64,000 nucleotides of DNA from a virus. The position numbers and the translations under genes are program-made. This document shows positions 1 to 9,727 of this stretch, one piece after another (position 1 is the stretch's first letter; every line of letters begins with the position of its first letter). The stretch is from the IMG/VR virus record IMGVR_UViG_3300037067_022543. One strand, written 5' to 3'. The notes under the pieces are model-generated. The model did not search any database. It was given only the letters and a program-made list of their open reading frames with translations, and had not been told where the DNA came from.

Positions 1-1766
1 CTAACAATATCTATTGGCTTGTTGTTAAATTCTTCAATACCATATTTCTTAATAGAGTTTCTAATCAAAGAGCGAGTGTGATCTGTAAGAAACTTTATAT
101 AGTTTTCAACATTGAACCATTTGTTAGGATCATCTACGAAATTAATTCTATATGACACTGATAACTCAACATCAACAAGATCCTTAGTAGTTGCTGAAAT
201 CTTATCTGACACTTTGTTGTTTTTAACTCTCAAATATGCCGTTTTAATTAACCTATCATCATTTTTAGGGGTTCCAGTTGAAAGTTCAAGAATTTCCGGA
301 TTTTCGTCATATTCAAACAAAATAGTTTTAGGACCAACAACTACTTTTCTGTCGCCGCTATTGTTAACAACTTGAACAGCGTAACCCGTCCAAACTTTAA
401 CTGTAACAGCTCCGTCATATTTACTATTTATTGTTATAGTTCTTGGCTCAGTGAATTTTGTATTTCTACTCATTTCGTCAGCAGCAAAATCCTCTGCTCT
501 GACATTATCAGTACTATACATACTCATGCTTCTACTAAGTTTACGAACATCAACAACTCCTGATTCATTTAAACCAATTGCAGACAAGTCGTTGCCAATT
601 TTTTTATTGTAATCTTTAGCTTCTGAATTGCCAGGGTACAACAAATCAATAACTTTATCAGACAACACCCGTTTAACAATTACTTCTTTTCTTGGATCTG
701 GTAGAAACATTTTTGGACCTTGCACCAGATTGACTTCTCCGTTCTCCTTATTAAGAACATAACGGGCTTCGCCTTTTGGTATGGCTATTGCATACATAAT
801 AGTATCTTTACCATATCTAATAATAGCATGTTCAGCTCTTGGGTAATAAATTTTTTGGTCTTTTCCCGTAATGAACATTTCATCGCCTTCACTATATGAT
901 TTATCGCCATCTTTATCACCATCTTTATAATCTGCAAGAACCTTAATGTGTATTCCCATGTTATCATTAAGTTCTAATGCTTTAAATACTCGCTTGCCGT
1001 CCTTTTCAACAAAAGTTTCTGTTGGTTTTGGAAAAACAACTGATGGTCCACGAACATATCTCTTATCTCCGTTTTCGTCTAGCAACCAACAATATTCCAA
1101 TCGTTCAAGGGTAACAGCTTCGCGAACATATTCTTGACCGTTTTCACTCTTCAATATTTCCAGACCAGTTGGTGGGATATAAAAAGAAACTTCCGTTCCT
1201 TTAATTATAATCAATTGCCCCATTTTTAGTTCTTGCGGATTAATTGCTGTTTTGACAACATTAGTTCCGTCAGTCAATTTAATTACGGATGTTCCCCAAA
1301 ATTTTTTGGCTTGTTCTTCATTATAAACTCTAGCCACCAAATACTGGTTAGATCTTAATTGATGACCTTGCACAACTTCACCAATTTGTCTTGGGAAAAG
1401 AGCAAAAGTGCATGGTCCAGAAATGTTTATTTTTCTCCCCATATCAAGAGAAGGAGATTGTTGCTTGCCTTTTTGCGGACGAGTTTCGTGATTACCAGTA
1501 GGGGGATTGGTCAAAATAATGTATTCGCCTTCATTTGCAGAAGGGCATTGGCGAATAGCTTCTGGCTTAGTAACCTTAACGAACTTACCTTTTTCAGAAC
1601 TATAAACTACTGGAGTATCAGTATCTGCTAAACTTTGTTTACTTGGGCCTACAATACTAAACACATCTCCACTAGAATTGTCTTGAACCAAAGCATATTC
1701 GCCTTGAGCTACGATTAGATCTCCCCCGCGTTCCATACGATTATTAACTTCATAGTCTACTGCCAT
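1..1766 (-). CDS. Major vault protein (MVP)-like protein, N-terminal ~588 aa; C-terminus runs off the window start
   Basis: ATG at 1766-1764 preceded by AAAGGAGAAAAACT. Translation MAVDYEV...YALVQDNSSGDVFSIVGPSKQ and ...KVLADYKDGDKDGDKSYSEGDEMFITG...SYRINFVDDP aligns with MVP repeat segments ([46 protein letters not shown]). Not in the ORF track because the minus ORF is open to position 1. Confidence 0.8.
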   Translation of the reverse strand, partial: MAVDYEVNNRMERGGDLIVAQGEYALVQDNSSGDVFSIVGPSKQSLADTDTPVVYSSEKGKFVKVTKPEAIRQCPSANEGEYIILTNPPTGNHETRPQKGKQQSPSLDMGRKINISGPCTFALFPRQIGEVVQGHQLRSNQYLVARVYNEEQAKKFWGTSVIKLTDGTNVVKTAINPQELKMGQLIIIKGTEVSFYIPPTGLEILKSENGQEYVREAVTLERLEYCWLLDENGDKRYVRGPSVVFPKPTETFVEKDGKRVFKALELNDNMGIHIKVLADYKDGDKDGDKSYSEGDEMFITGKDQKIYYPRAEHAIIRYGKDTIMYAIAIPKGEARYVLNKENGEVNLVQGPKMFLPDPRKEVIVKRVLSDKVIDLLYPGNSEAKDYNKKIGNDLSAIGLNESGVVDVRKLSRSMSMYSTDNVRAEDFAADEMSRNTKFTEPRTITINSKYDGAVTVKVWTGYAVQVVNNSGDRKVVVGPKTILFEYDENPEILELSTGTPKNDDRLIKTAYLRVKNNKVSDKISATTKDLVDVELSVSYRINFVDDPNKWFNVENYIKFLTDHTRSLIRNSIKKYGIEEFNNKPIDIV

Positions 1767-1813
1767 AGTTTTTCTCCTTTGTTTTTAATCTTTGTTTTAT
1801 TTATACAATGAAA

Positions 1814-2011
1814 TTATTTTTTATCAACAAGTATTTTTATCTTTTTTGAATAGTCTTCTATTCCATCTTTTGTAATTATTTGTTTGCCTTCTTTTCTAGC
1901 TATTTTTCTTGCTTCACTTAAAAGGGAAGAATATGTTTTCCAACTCATAGAACCAGTATATCTACAATCAATAGGGCGTTCTGAAACCTTAATTATTTTT
2001 TTCATTATCAT
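1814..2011 (-). CDS. hypothetical small protein (65 aa)
   Basis: Minus-strand ORF, co-directional with its neighbours; belongs to a run of four short ORFs with 4-bp or larger overlaps, which suggests translational coupling. Confidence 0.4.
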   Translation of the reverse strand: MIMKKIIKVSERPIDCRYTGSMSWKTYSSLLSEARKIARKEGKQIITKDGIEDYSKKIKILVDKK

Positions 2012-2270
2012 CCTTCCCGCTCATAAATCCCATAGAATAACAAATGCGACTCATTAGATTAGACAACTCTCCTGCTTGTTTGTCAGTTAATTTTATTTTT
2101 GTTTTATTATTTTCCAATTCAATTTCACAAAAGTTAGGTTCTATTGCTATTACTGTTAGCAGGCCATCAATTTTTTCTCCTGAAGAAGATCCGAATGCTT
2201 TGTGGCATCCTTGTGAATATTCTTCGTAAGACATTTCCTTGTCAATTTCTTCTTGAGACATTACTTTCAT
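1989..2270 (-). CDS. hypothetical protein (93 aa)
   Basis: Minus-strand ORF overlapping both neighbours in ATGA style. Confidence 0.45.
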   Translation of the reverse strand: MKVMSQEEIDKEMSYEEYSQGCHKAFGSSSGEKIDGLLTVIAIEPNFCEIELENNKTKIKLTDKQAGELSNLMSRICYSMGFMSGKDDNEKNN

Positions 2271-2461
2271 TTAAGCATCCTTTCTTCATTGATTTTACTA
2301 TTTTTAGGGCATTTTTTGTTGTCGCAAATCTTACAATATTTACCAGGTTTTTTTATAAAACCAAGCAATCTGCTTTCATCTTCTGAAGTAAACCGTCTCC
2401 CTTCTTTTAATGCTTGTTTTTTAACCCATGCTAAAACTTCTTCTCTTGAATTAAAACTCAT
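2267..2461 (-). CDS. hypothetical small protein (64 aa, CxxC pair)
   Basis: Minus-strand ORF with a 4-bp overlap to its neighbours. Confidence 0.4.
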   Translation of the reverse strand: MSFNSREEVLAWVKKQALKEGRRFTSEDESRLLGFIKKPGKYCKICDNKKCPKNSKINEERMLK

Positions 2462-2640
2462 TTTATATCTCTTGCTCTATTCAATAAAACTTTTAAATCA
2501 ATCTCGTTACTTTTGTGTCTGCCTTTTGGATCATAATCAAAGATCAAATCTCTATTATTTTCAATACATTTTTCTATGGCTTTTTCGGTTTTATCATTAA
2601 AATAGTACCAGGAGTAAGAGTAGCATAATAAAATATACAT
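2458..2640 (-). CDS. hypothetical small protein (60 aa)
   Basis: Minus-strand ORF at the head of the small-gene run. Confidence 0.35.
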   Translation of the reverse strand: MYILLCYSYSWYYFNDKTEKAIEKCIENNRDLIFDYDPKGRHKSNEIDLKVLLNRARDIK

Positions 2641-2767
2641 TGTGCTTTATCTTGCATATATTCTCCTATTATACTTCTTGTTCTATATTTAAACAAAGTT
2701 GCCCTTTATTTGTTAATTTCATTCAATTAGCAACTTATTTATCTCCTAAAAACATATTCATTATTTT

Positions 2768-3082
2768 TTAAAGAACATATTTTAATATAGCTTCGCCTTT
2801 TTTCTTAGCTTCTTGCACAAATTTACTTTGTCTAGCCATTTCCATTATACTAACAAAACTAATGTCTTCAGTTGATTTTTCATCAATAACAACTATAGTG
2901 CCATTTACGCCGTCAGGAGTTAATATACTTTCTATGGGTATGATTTCTAAATATAATTTATCTTGAATTCTGCTAATTGTAACAGAACAGTTTCCTAAAT
3001 TACAAGCAGGAGGTAAATTGCCATTATTAATAGTTATATCCCTATCAAATTGTTCCCATGAGTTCTTGTCTGCTTTATTCAT
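2768..3082 (-). CDS. hypothetical protein (104 aa)
   Basis: ORF preceded on the minus strand by TTGACA-N16-TATAAAT and by AAGGAG 8 nt before the ATG. Confidence 0.6.
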   Translation of the reverse strand: MNKADKNSWEQFDRDITINNGNLPPACNLGNCSVTISRIQDKLYLEIIPIESILTPDGVNGTIVVIDEKSTEDISFVSIMEMARQSKFVQEAKKKGEAILKYVL

Positions 3083-3102
3083 TATATTTTCTCCTTTATA
3101 TT

Positions 3103-3132
3103 AATTTATACAATTTTATATTTAATTGTCAA
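3103..3132 (-). promoter_or_regulatory. sigma70-like promoter (-35 TTGACA, 16-nt spacer, -10 TATAAAT) followed by SD AAGGAG
   Basis: Minus strand reads TTGACAATTAAATATAAAATTGTATAAATTAATATAAAGGAGAAAATATAATG. Confidence 0.6.
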
Positions 3133-3321
3133 CATTATATTATTGGCCTTCTGGCCAAGTAAAGCAATCTGCACTTCCATTAAAAACACACCATGCTTCT
3201 TTTATTTTTTCAAAAAAGGTTCTGTATTTATAATTTATAGGACGTGATGGGACCCACTTCCCGTTAATTTCAGTTGTTGCTCTATTTATACTTATCTGTA
3301 AGTTTTTTAATGTCCACATGA

Positions 3322-4074
3322 TTATTTATCCTTATTACTTATAACAACCCCTTTTTTAAACATTTCTGTTACATCATTATACCATTCTCCAGTAAAATTA
3401 CATTCTAATGTTTGCCTTATCGGTTTTATATTATCAGCTGCTATAATTATATGAAATCTGTATTCACCTTTCTTCAATAAATTACATAAATTAGTAGGAT
3501 CTACTTCCGTATCTAAATATAAAATAGTTTTATAACAATCACAATCGTCTGCATTCTTGTAAACACGTTTATAAACTTTATTATACCATTTGTAGTTATC
3601 TTTAGGATTAATAATATGAAATAAATCACAATATTTTGTTAAACCAGGCGATACCCTGTACATGTTGTTTTTATCATCTATCGTGGATGTTTTAGACCAT
3701 TTTAAATTCATAGGAATATAGTCTTCTTTTTCTCTATAACTTTTATCAGGCTGCTTCTCTTCTATTTTTGCAAGAAAAATTTCTGAATTTTCAATTGGTG
3801 TAAATATTTTAAAAACATTAAAAACATTAGGATAGGTAGATGCTTTAAAAACACTAAAAAACTTAGGATAGACGTTTTCTACCCCAATTCTATAGTAAAA
3901 ACAATTTGAAGATAAATCTTCTCTCTGAATTAAAGTTTTAGAAATATTGTCTAGTGACATCCTTGTTATTGGTTTTATAAAAAATCTTTTTATGTTATCC
4001 TGAAATAAAGCTAAAAATGAAAGAATTAATGAAAGACTTGAAAAAACAATTGAAATCTTTTCTGTTAAAGTCAT
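3322..4074 (-). CDS. hypothetical membrane-anchored protein (250 aa)
   Basis: N-terminal hydrophobic segment (IVFSSLSLILSFLALF); Cys cluster near the C-terminus. Confidence 0.55.
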   Translation of the reverse strand: MTLTEKISIVFSSLSLILSFLALFQDNIKRFFIKPITRMSLDNISKTLIQREDLSSNCFYYRIGVENVYPKFFSVFKASTYPNVFNVFKIFTPIENSEIFLAKIEEKQPDKSYREKEDYIPMNLKWSKTSTIDDKNNMYRVSPGLTKYCDLFHIINPKDNYKWYNKVYKRVYKNADDCDCYKTILYLDTEVDPTNLCNLLKKGEYRFHIIIAADNIKPIRQTLECNFTGEWYNDVTEMFKKGVVISNKDK

Positions 4075-4107
4075 AATATTATCTCTCTTTTTGTTTTAAA
4101 TATATTA

Positions 4108-4380
4108 TTACCATGCTATTTTTTCAAGTTGGTCTTCTAGTTCTTTAATTCGTGCTTGCAACTTTCTGACACGAGAAGGTTCGGTATGTAAACTGTTTGG
4201 CCAACCGCAAAAAGTTTTAATCTGATTCCCACCTTCAGCAGCAGAAGCACAATCTTCTAATGTACGTCCCCATGTTGCAACTTGTTGTTTTTTTTCATGC
4301 TTCTCCCAACCAAAAACTATACACTGATCTAAACCAAATTTAACTGCAAAATCTTTTACGGATTTAATTGATATTCTCAT
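4108..4380 (-). CDS. hypothetical protein (90 aa)
   Basis: ORF with an upstream TTGACA-N16-TATAAAT promoter (4401-4430, minus strand) and AAGGA in SD position. Confidence 0.5.
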   Translation of the reverse strand: MRISIKSVKDFAVKFGLDQCIVFGWEKHEKKQQVATWGRTLEDCASAAEGGNQIKTFCGWPNSLHTEPSRVRKLQARIKELEDQLEKIAW

Positions 4381-4400
4381 TTTGTTTTCATCCTTTCCTT

Positions 4401-4430
4401 ATTTATAACTCAAAATCATATCTTGTCAAT
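4401..4430 (-). promoter_or_regulatory. sigma70-like promoter for 4108..4380
   Basis: Minus strand reads TTGACAAGATATGATTTTGAGTTATAAAT. Confidence 0.5.
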
Positions 4431-4537
4431 AACATTTTTTAATCTTTTTTCAGCATATTCACAATAGTTAGGGCTTATTTCTATCCCCATATATAATTTA
4501 GTTTAAAAATAAATTTTTACATTCATTATTAATTTTA

Positions 4538-4987
4538 TCATAATTTCAAATAGTTTTTAAAAGATATATCTCCAAAATACCCTTTTTGCATTTGAAGAAT
4601 ACAAGTTTGAACTCTAGACCCCTTAAAAACATTCCTCGGAAGATGTGTAATTGATTTTAATCCAAAGTTTATTATATCACTGGTTCTTTTAGTTGAATTA
4701 ATTAGAACTAACCATGGCATTAAGGCTATTATATTGTTACTCATTTCCATGCATCTATATAGTATTTTATATCCTAATTTCATGGGGGTAAACGGAGGAT
4801 TCATTACAATACAATCAAAAATTGATGATGACAGCTGAAAGAAGTCTTCTGGGGCTGTCACATTATAATTACCTAATTCTTTAACAATATTGCCTTCTCC
4901 AGGAGTTGGTTCTAATATGGTTTTGCATCCATTTGGAACTAATGAAACCATATATTTGCATATTTCTGGTGGAGTTTGAAAATTCAT
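4538..4987 (-). CDS. small gamma-class N6-adenine DNA methyltransferase-like protein
   Basis: Motif X QTPPEICKYM, motif I ILEPTPGEGN, motif IV VMNPPF. Confidence 0.55.
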   Translation of the reverse strand: MNFQTPPEICKYMVSLVPNGCKTILEPTPGEGNIVKELGNYNVTAPEDFFQLSSSIFDCIVMNPPFTPMKLGYKILYRCMEMSNNIIALMPWLVLINSTKRTSDIINFGLKSITHLPRNVFKGSRVQTCILQMQKGYFGDISFKNYLKL

Positions 4988-4995
4988 CTAAGAAA

Positions 4996-6102
4996 TTATA
5001 CAACAAAAATATCTTTAATAATATTTTTATTTCTTACAAGCCAATTATAAACATCTGTAACTGTATTTAAAACACTCTTTTTAGGTTTCCATCCACTTTC
5101 ATTCATTATTTTTGAATAATCTGTAACATAAAATGGGATATCTAATTCTCTTTCTTTTTCATCTTCTGATATATTTATTTTGTTATTAGTAACATTTTGA
5201 CATATTTGTGTTAACTCTTTTAATGAAACGCTATTTTCCATGCCACCTCCAACATTATAAACCTTACCATTATATTTTTTAATATTTGAAAGTTGAATTT
5301 TTAAAAGACTATATAAATCATCAATGTGCAAAACATCTCTGACTTGTTTGCCTTTGCCACCAAATCCTATATAACTCAATTTTCCACCAAAAAAGTGTTT
5401 AGCAACCCAAAAAGAAATTATTCCCTGATCATCTTTACCCATTTGCCACGGTCCTGCAATAACTCCACATCTATTGATAATCCCCATTATATCATATGTC
5501 TCTACATATTCCTGTATAATTATTTCAGAAGCTAATTTTGTTGCTCCGTACAAAGATCTCGTACCTTCAAGTGTAAATGATTCTGAAATGCCTTTTTCAT
5601 TTACTCCAACGATGTTCTGATTTTTAGATATTGAAAATCTATGAGGCAATTCATCAAAAGAAATCTTTGTTAATGGTTTTATAGGATAAACTCTGCTTGT
5701 GGAAATAAAAACAAAATCTGCTCCAGTTTGTCTTGCTGCTTCAATACAATTTATCGTTCCCATAAGATTGGTATTAATTATATATGCTGGAGATTCTTTA
5801 AGACCAGCAAGCACAGAAGGCTCTGCAGAACATTCTATGAATACATTTGGTTTTTGAGGGCAAAATTTTATTGCTTGAAATATATCATCTTTATTTCTAA
5901 CATCTCCATATACAAATATAACACCAGCTTGTTTTAGCCTATTGATGTTAATTTCGGAACCTCTTCTTTTAAGATTATCTAATGAAATCACACAATGGCA
6001 AGGGTTATCCTTCTTAAACTTTATTGCAAGGTTTGAGCCAACAAACCCAGCCCCTCCTGTAATAAAAATTGTTTTCAATATTAAATCCTTATATTTTTGC
6101 AA
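4996..6102 (-). CDS. NAD-dependent epimerase/dehydratase (extended SDR, sugar-nucleotide epimerase-like)
   Basis: Rossmann motif [12 protein letters not shown] at the N-terminus; catalytic YGATKLASE (YxxxK). Confidence 0.8.
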   Translation of the reverse strand: MQKYKDLILKTIFITGGAGFVGSNLAIKFKKDNPCHCVISLDNLKRRGSEININRLKQAGVIFVYGDVRNKDDIFQAIKFCPQKPNVFIECSAEPSVLAGLKESPAYIINTNLMGTINCIEAARQTGADFVFISTSRVYPIKPLTKISFDELPHRFSISKNQNIVGVNEKGISESFTLEGTRSLYGATKLASEIIIQEYVETYDIMGIINRCGVIAGPWQMGKDDQGIISFWVAKHFFGGKLSYIGFGGKGKQVRDVLHIDDLYSLLKIQLSNIKKYNGKVYNVGGGMENSVSLKELTQICQNVTNNKINISEDEKERELDIPFYVTDYSKIMNESGWKPKKSVLNTVTDVYNWLVRNKNIIKDIFVV

Positions 6103-7147
6103 AGATCTTGTAAAATGCTACTCATGTTATGTTGATATTCCCAATTAGGATAATGATTTTTAAACTTAGAAACATCGGAAATATACCAAATATGGTCTCC
6201 ACTTCTGTTTTGATCAACATATTCTATATTAGCTTTTTTACCAACCATTTCTTCAATTTTAAATATTGCTTCCAGCATTGAAATATTTGAATATCTTGAC
6301 CCACCAATATTATAAACTTCTCCTTTTCTTGGGTTTTGATGAAAACTATCAAAAGCATTTATTAAATCAGAAGCGTGAATATTATCTCTGACTTGCTTAC
6401 CTTTATATCCAAAAATTTTGTATGGTTTTTCTGACTTTATGCACTTAACTAAAAATGCCAAAAAACCGTGCAGTTGTGCAGCAGAATGGCTAGAACCCGT
6501 CAAACAACCCCCTCTAAACACTACTGTTTTTAAGTTAAAATATCTTCCATATTCTTGGCACATAATATCGGCAGCGACCTTGCTTGCACCAAAAACACTA
6601 TGCTTTGATTGATCTATTGACATTGTTTCATCTATCCCATTGAAATATGGGTGGTCTTTTTTAATTTCAAATCTAGTTTCCATTTCTTCAAATGGCAAAA
6701 GGTTAGGAGTATCACCATATACTTTATTTGTTGAAGTAAATATAAAATTAGTTTCTGGAGCATAATTTCTTAAATTTTCTAACATAACCAAAGTACCAAA
6801 AGCGTTTACCCCAAAATCAGTAAAAGGTTCGCGAGCAGCCCAATCATGGGACGGTTGTGCAGCACAATGAACTATAAGCTCCAATTTTTTCCCATATTTC
6901 TTAAAAATGTCACTTATTTTTTCTTTATTTTGTATATTTATATTATAATGTTCATAATTATTAAATTGCTTAATAAGAGATTTTATATTCCAAGAAATAT
7001 TGCCGTCTTTGCCAAAGAAATATTTTCTAAAATTATTATCTATACCTATAACTTTTTTATTTTTTTTAGCATAAAACCTAACTGCTTCAGATCCTATTAA
7101 TCCTCCTGAACCAGTTACTAATATTGTGTCTTTTGTTGAAATAGATA
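6081..7147 (-). CDS. NAD-dependent epimerase/dehydratase (second copy); start codon non-canonical or unclear
   Basis: The track ORF 6081..6884 holds YGASKVAAD (YxxxK). The Rossmann motif [15 protein letters not shown] lies in frame upstream (to about 7147) with no ATG, GTG or TTG; only ATA or ATT overlapping the upstream TAA stop. Confidence 0.65.
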
Positions 7148-7954
7148 TTAACCCTTATGTTTAAAATATAAATCTGCTTGTCTTTTAATAATTTTTGCTT
7201 CTATAGGAGATTTTGAAAATTGAGTTATAGAATGAGGCTCAACCATTGAAACTATTTCTTTTATTGTTTTAATTCCAAATTTTTTATCAAACCAAAAAAA
7301 TAATGTATGCTCATCGTGGAAAGATGGCAAAGGACATTTTATTCCTCTTTTCGTTGTAACATAATACCAAGCATTAGATTTTAAACGTTGATATAATTCT
7401 TCATAAGTGTTTAAATATTCTTCCCACATAGTTTGATCATTACAATATATAACACATGAACATATTAGAGCATTTCTAACTATGCCTTTAATGTTTTCAT
7501 CTTCTGGTTTAATAGGAACTCTTTGGTCACGCCTATAATTACATCTTACGGGACTTTGAAAATGAGTTAAATTATCCTTTTTTAACCCATAAAGATCCCA
7601 CATTCTTTTATCTGGCCATTTTAAAATATTGACATCCATATCTAACAATAGCATTTCAGTACTCTTTCCAAATAGCTTAAAGGCTTCGTTTGCTAAATAT
7701 GTTTTGTTATAATAAATTGGAATTTCTGAGTGCGGTCTTGCATCTGGGTTAGAATTTATTTTAATAATATTTTTAACTTTTTTAGTTTTGAGATATTCTT
7801 CGTTTTTATCTCCTAAAACAAAATAAGTAAAAGGTTGAATATTGGGATTTTCTTTGAAAAAATAGTTCTCATTTGCTAAAGCAGTATCTACCATATTCCT
7901 TAATCTATCATCATAAACATTGCCAAATAAAGTTCTAATTATTATTTTACTCAT
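7148..7954 (-). CDS. hypothetical protein, possible glycosyltransferase (DxD-like LLLDMDV)
   Basis: ORF between the epimerases and the FkbM methyltransferase; weak DxD motif only. Confidence 0.4.
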   Translation of the reverse strand: MSKIIIRTLFGNVYDDRLRNMVDTALANENYFFKENPNIQPFTYFVLGDKNEEYLKTKKVKNIIKINSNPDARPHSEIPIYYNKTYLANEAFKLFGKSTEMLLLDMDVNILKWPDKRMWDLYGLKKDNLTHFQSPVRCNYRRDQRVPIKPEDENIKGIVRNALICSCVIYCNDQTMWEEYLNTYEELYQRLKSNAWYYVTTKRGIKCPLPSFHDEHTLFFWFDKKFGIKTIKEIVSMVEPHSITQFSKSPIEAKIIKRQADLYFKHKG

Positions 7955-8618
7955 TAAAAATCTCCTTTAAAAAAATACTTATGTGACTCCATCTCCTATG
8001 AGAAGAACAAAAAATCTTGTGACTATTTGAAAACTTATTTGCCCAAACAACTGTTTCCTTTTTGTCTATCACATTGGGAACACAATGATGAACTTCCATG
8101 CTTAGTCCCATGGAATTTCTTATTACATATTCTGAAGGAAAGTGACCAAAAATAACATATTCTCCACCTTCGGTATCAATTTTAATGAATAATCCTTTTA
8201 AATCAATATTGTATTTTTCAATAATACTACTCAACAAAAGAGAAGAACACCTTTCTTGCCCTGATACTTCCTTTGGAATATTAGAAAAAGAATGAGCTAA
8301 TGAACATTTTCCTGATATTTTTACAACTTCATCCCCATTTCCTAAAGCAATATTAAATGTTTCTATATCAAGGTTGGCTGTATTCTTTATTAAATTATTA
8401 TAATTTTCTTTATCTGGTTCTATGCTTATTATTCTAGCATTGGGATGAAAAAATCTAAAAGCAACAGAATACAAACCACAATTAGCTCCTATATCTAAAA
8501 TTGTTTTAATGCTATCCAAGGGGAATAGACCTATGCCATACATATACATATAAGGCAAAGAATAACTCCGCATTTCATTCAATAAAGCATCTTTACTGTG
8601 TTTTGGAATAATCATCAA
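7947..8618 (-). CDS. FkbM-family SAM-dependent methyltransferase
   Basis: DIGANCGLYSVAF motif. Confidence 0.7.
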   Translation of the reverse strand: MMIIPKHSKDALLNEMRSYSLPYMYMYGIGLFPLDSIKTILDIGANCGLYSVAFRFFHPNARIISIEPDKENYNNLIKNTANLDIETFNIALGNGDEVVKISGKCSLAHSFSNIPKEVSGQERCSSLLLSSIIEKYNIDLKGLFIKIDTEGGEYVIFGHFPSEYVIRNSMGLSMEVHHCVPNVIDKKETVVWANKFSNSHKIFCSSHRRWSHISIFLKEIFNE

Positions 8619-8724
8619 GATCCTTTTTCAATTAATATAGTATAATTATTCAACAAGGAAAATATTATGACCTTGAAAAAGGATTTTTTTTGTAAAAAAA
8701 GAATAATAAAAAAGGAGATAAAAC

Positions 8725-9045
8725 ATGAAAATTACCATGTCTAAACGTCAGTGGGAAGAATTAATTAATAGAGAAGAAACTTTAAACAAAAAAGATCAAT
8801 CAAAAGAAACAACTTGGAACAAAAAAGCTCAATCAGAAAATGCAAAAGATGTAATTTGTGATTCTGGTATAAAAGGATGGCAAGATAAATTACAAAATGT
8901 TTATCAATCTTTAGAAGAACTTATTTCTTATGATAATATATATGGAATTTGCAAAAGATTAGGATATGAAGATCCTAAAAAATGTTGGGAAGAAAACCCC
9001 ACTATACAGGGGTCTATTAATCCATCTGATTTAAAAAGGGTTTGA
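8725..9045 (+). CDS. hypothetical protein with conserved N-terminal leader (MKITMSKRQWEEL)
   Basis: SD AAGGAGATAAAAC before the ATG; first of three tandem plus-strand paralogs sharing the N-terminus. Confidence 0.6.
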   Translation: MKITMSKRQWEELINREETLNKKDQSKETTWNKKAQSENAKDVICDSGIKGWQDKLQNVYQSLEELISYDNIYGICKRLGYEDPKKCWEENPTIQGSINPSDLKRV

Positions 9046-9054
9046 AAGGAAAAC

Positions 9055-9381
9055 ATGAAAATTACATTATCTAAACAGCAATGGGAGTTCATCGGAAATA
9101 AAACAGGTTGGATTAAATCTGATAAAAAACCAATAAAAGATATAAATCAAAAAGCCCAACTAATCAAAAAAACCTATTTTTATCACATTAATTTAAATGA
9201 ACGTGGACAATTTTATGCCGATGTAAGAGATGAAAAAGGTAATACCATTTTTGAAATTAAGGGTTTTGAAATATTTGAAGACGGTTTCATGACAAATGTT
9301 AAAGACATGAACGGTTTGAAAAATTATTTAGTAAACCTAAGCTTAATTAGCAAACAAGACGAGTTGAAATATATAGGCTAA
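9055..9381 (+). CDS. hypothetical protein with conserved N-terminal leader (MKITLSKQQWEFIGNKTGWIK)
   Basis: SD AAGGAAAAC; the N-terminal 20 aa are shared with 9383, 61768 and 63338 family members. Confidence 0.6.
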   Translation: MKITLSKQQWEFIGNKTGWIKSDKKPIKDINQKAQLIKKTYFYHINLNERGQFYADVRDEKGNTIFEIKGFEIFEDGFMTNVKDMNGLKNYLVNLSLISKQDELKYIG

Positions 9382-9382
9382 C

Positions 9383-9727
9383 ATGAAAATTACATTATCT
9401 AAACAACAGTGGGAAATACTTGGTAATAAAAAACATATCACATCTCAAAATCTTGAAACAGTCAAAACTCTACCAAAACTTGATGACAGAGAAACAACTA
9501 GAGCAATAAGAGATGCTATTATTGCAGAAGAAGGAGCTATTAAGCAATATGAAGTTGTAGCAGATTCTACAAATAACAAAAAAATTTCTAAAGTTCTTCA
9601 AGATATAGCAGATGAAGAAAGAGTGCACGTTTTTGAATTACAAGAATTATTAAATTTTCTTTTGTCAGATGAAAAAAAGTTTGAACAAGATGGCAAAAAA
9701 GAAATTGCTGACTTAATGAAAAAATAA
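9383..9727 (+). CDS. leader-family protein with ferritin-like / rubrerythrin-like (EncFtn-like) C-terminal domain
   Basis: MKITLSKQQWEILGNK leader; AIIAEEGAIKQYE...ADEERVHVFEL resembles a diiron ExxH motif pair. Confidence 0.55.
   Translation: MKITLSKQQWEILGNKKHITSQNLETVKTLPKLDDRETTRAIRDAIIAEEGAIKQYEVVADSTNNKKISKVLQDIADEERVHVFELQELLNFLLSDEKKFEQDGKKEIADLMKK

Noticed and set aside
112-1631. Plus-strand ORFs 112..375, 372..563, 946..1137, 1359..1631 from the six-frame track
   Set aside because: They lie antisense within the long minus-strand MVP-like gene (open from 1766 to the window start), have no SD or promoter, and have low-complexity translations. They are treated as frame artefacts. The same reasoning applies to other short plus-strand ORFs embedded in minus-strand genes, e.g. 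2044..2600, 5326..6148, 6418..7100, 10926..11108, 16274..16792, 18239..18550, 19090..19344, 21007..21207, 22066..22260, 23514..23735, 24891..25238, 25892..26243, 26618..26803, 27197..27670, 35717..35996, 41513..41731, 42041..42250, 43189..43452, 45417..46085, 47251..47517, 48699..50650, 51382..51600, 53625..53882, 55078..55272, 56442..56645, 57742..58364, 58862..59044, 59781..60451, 62077..62436 and 63672..63863.
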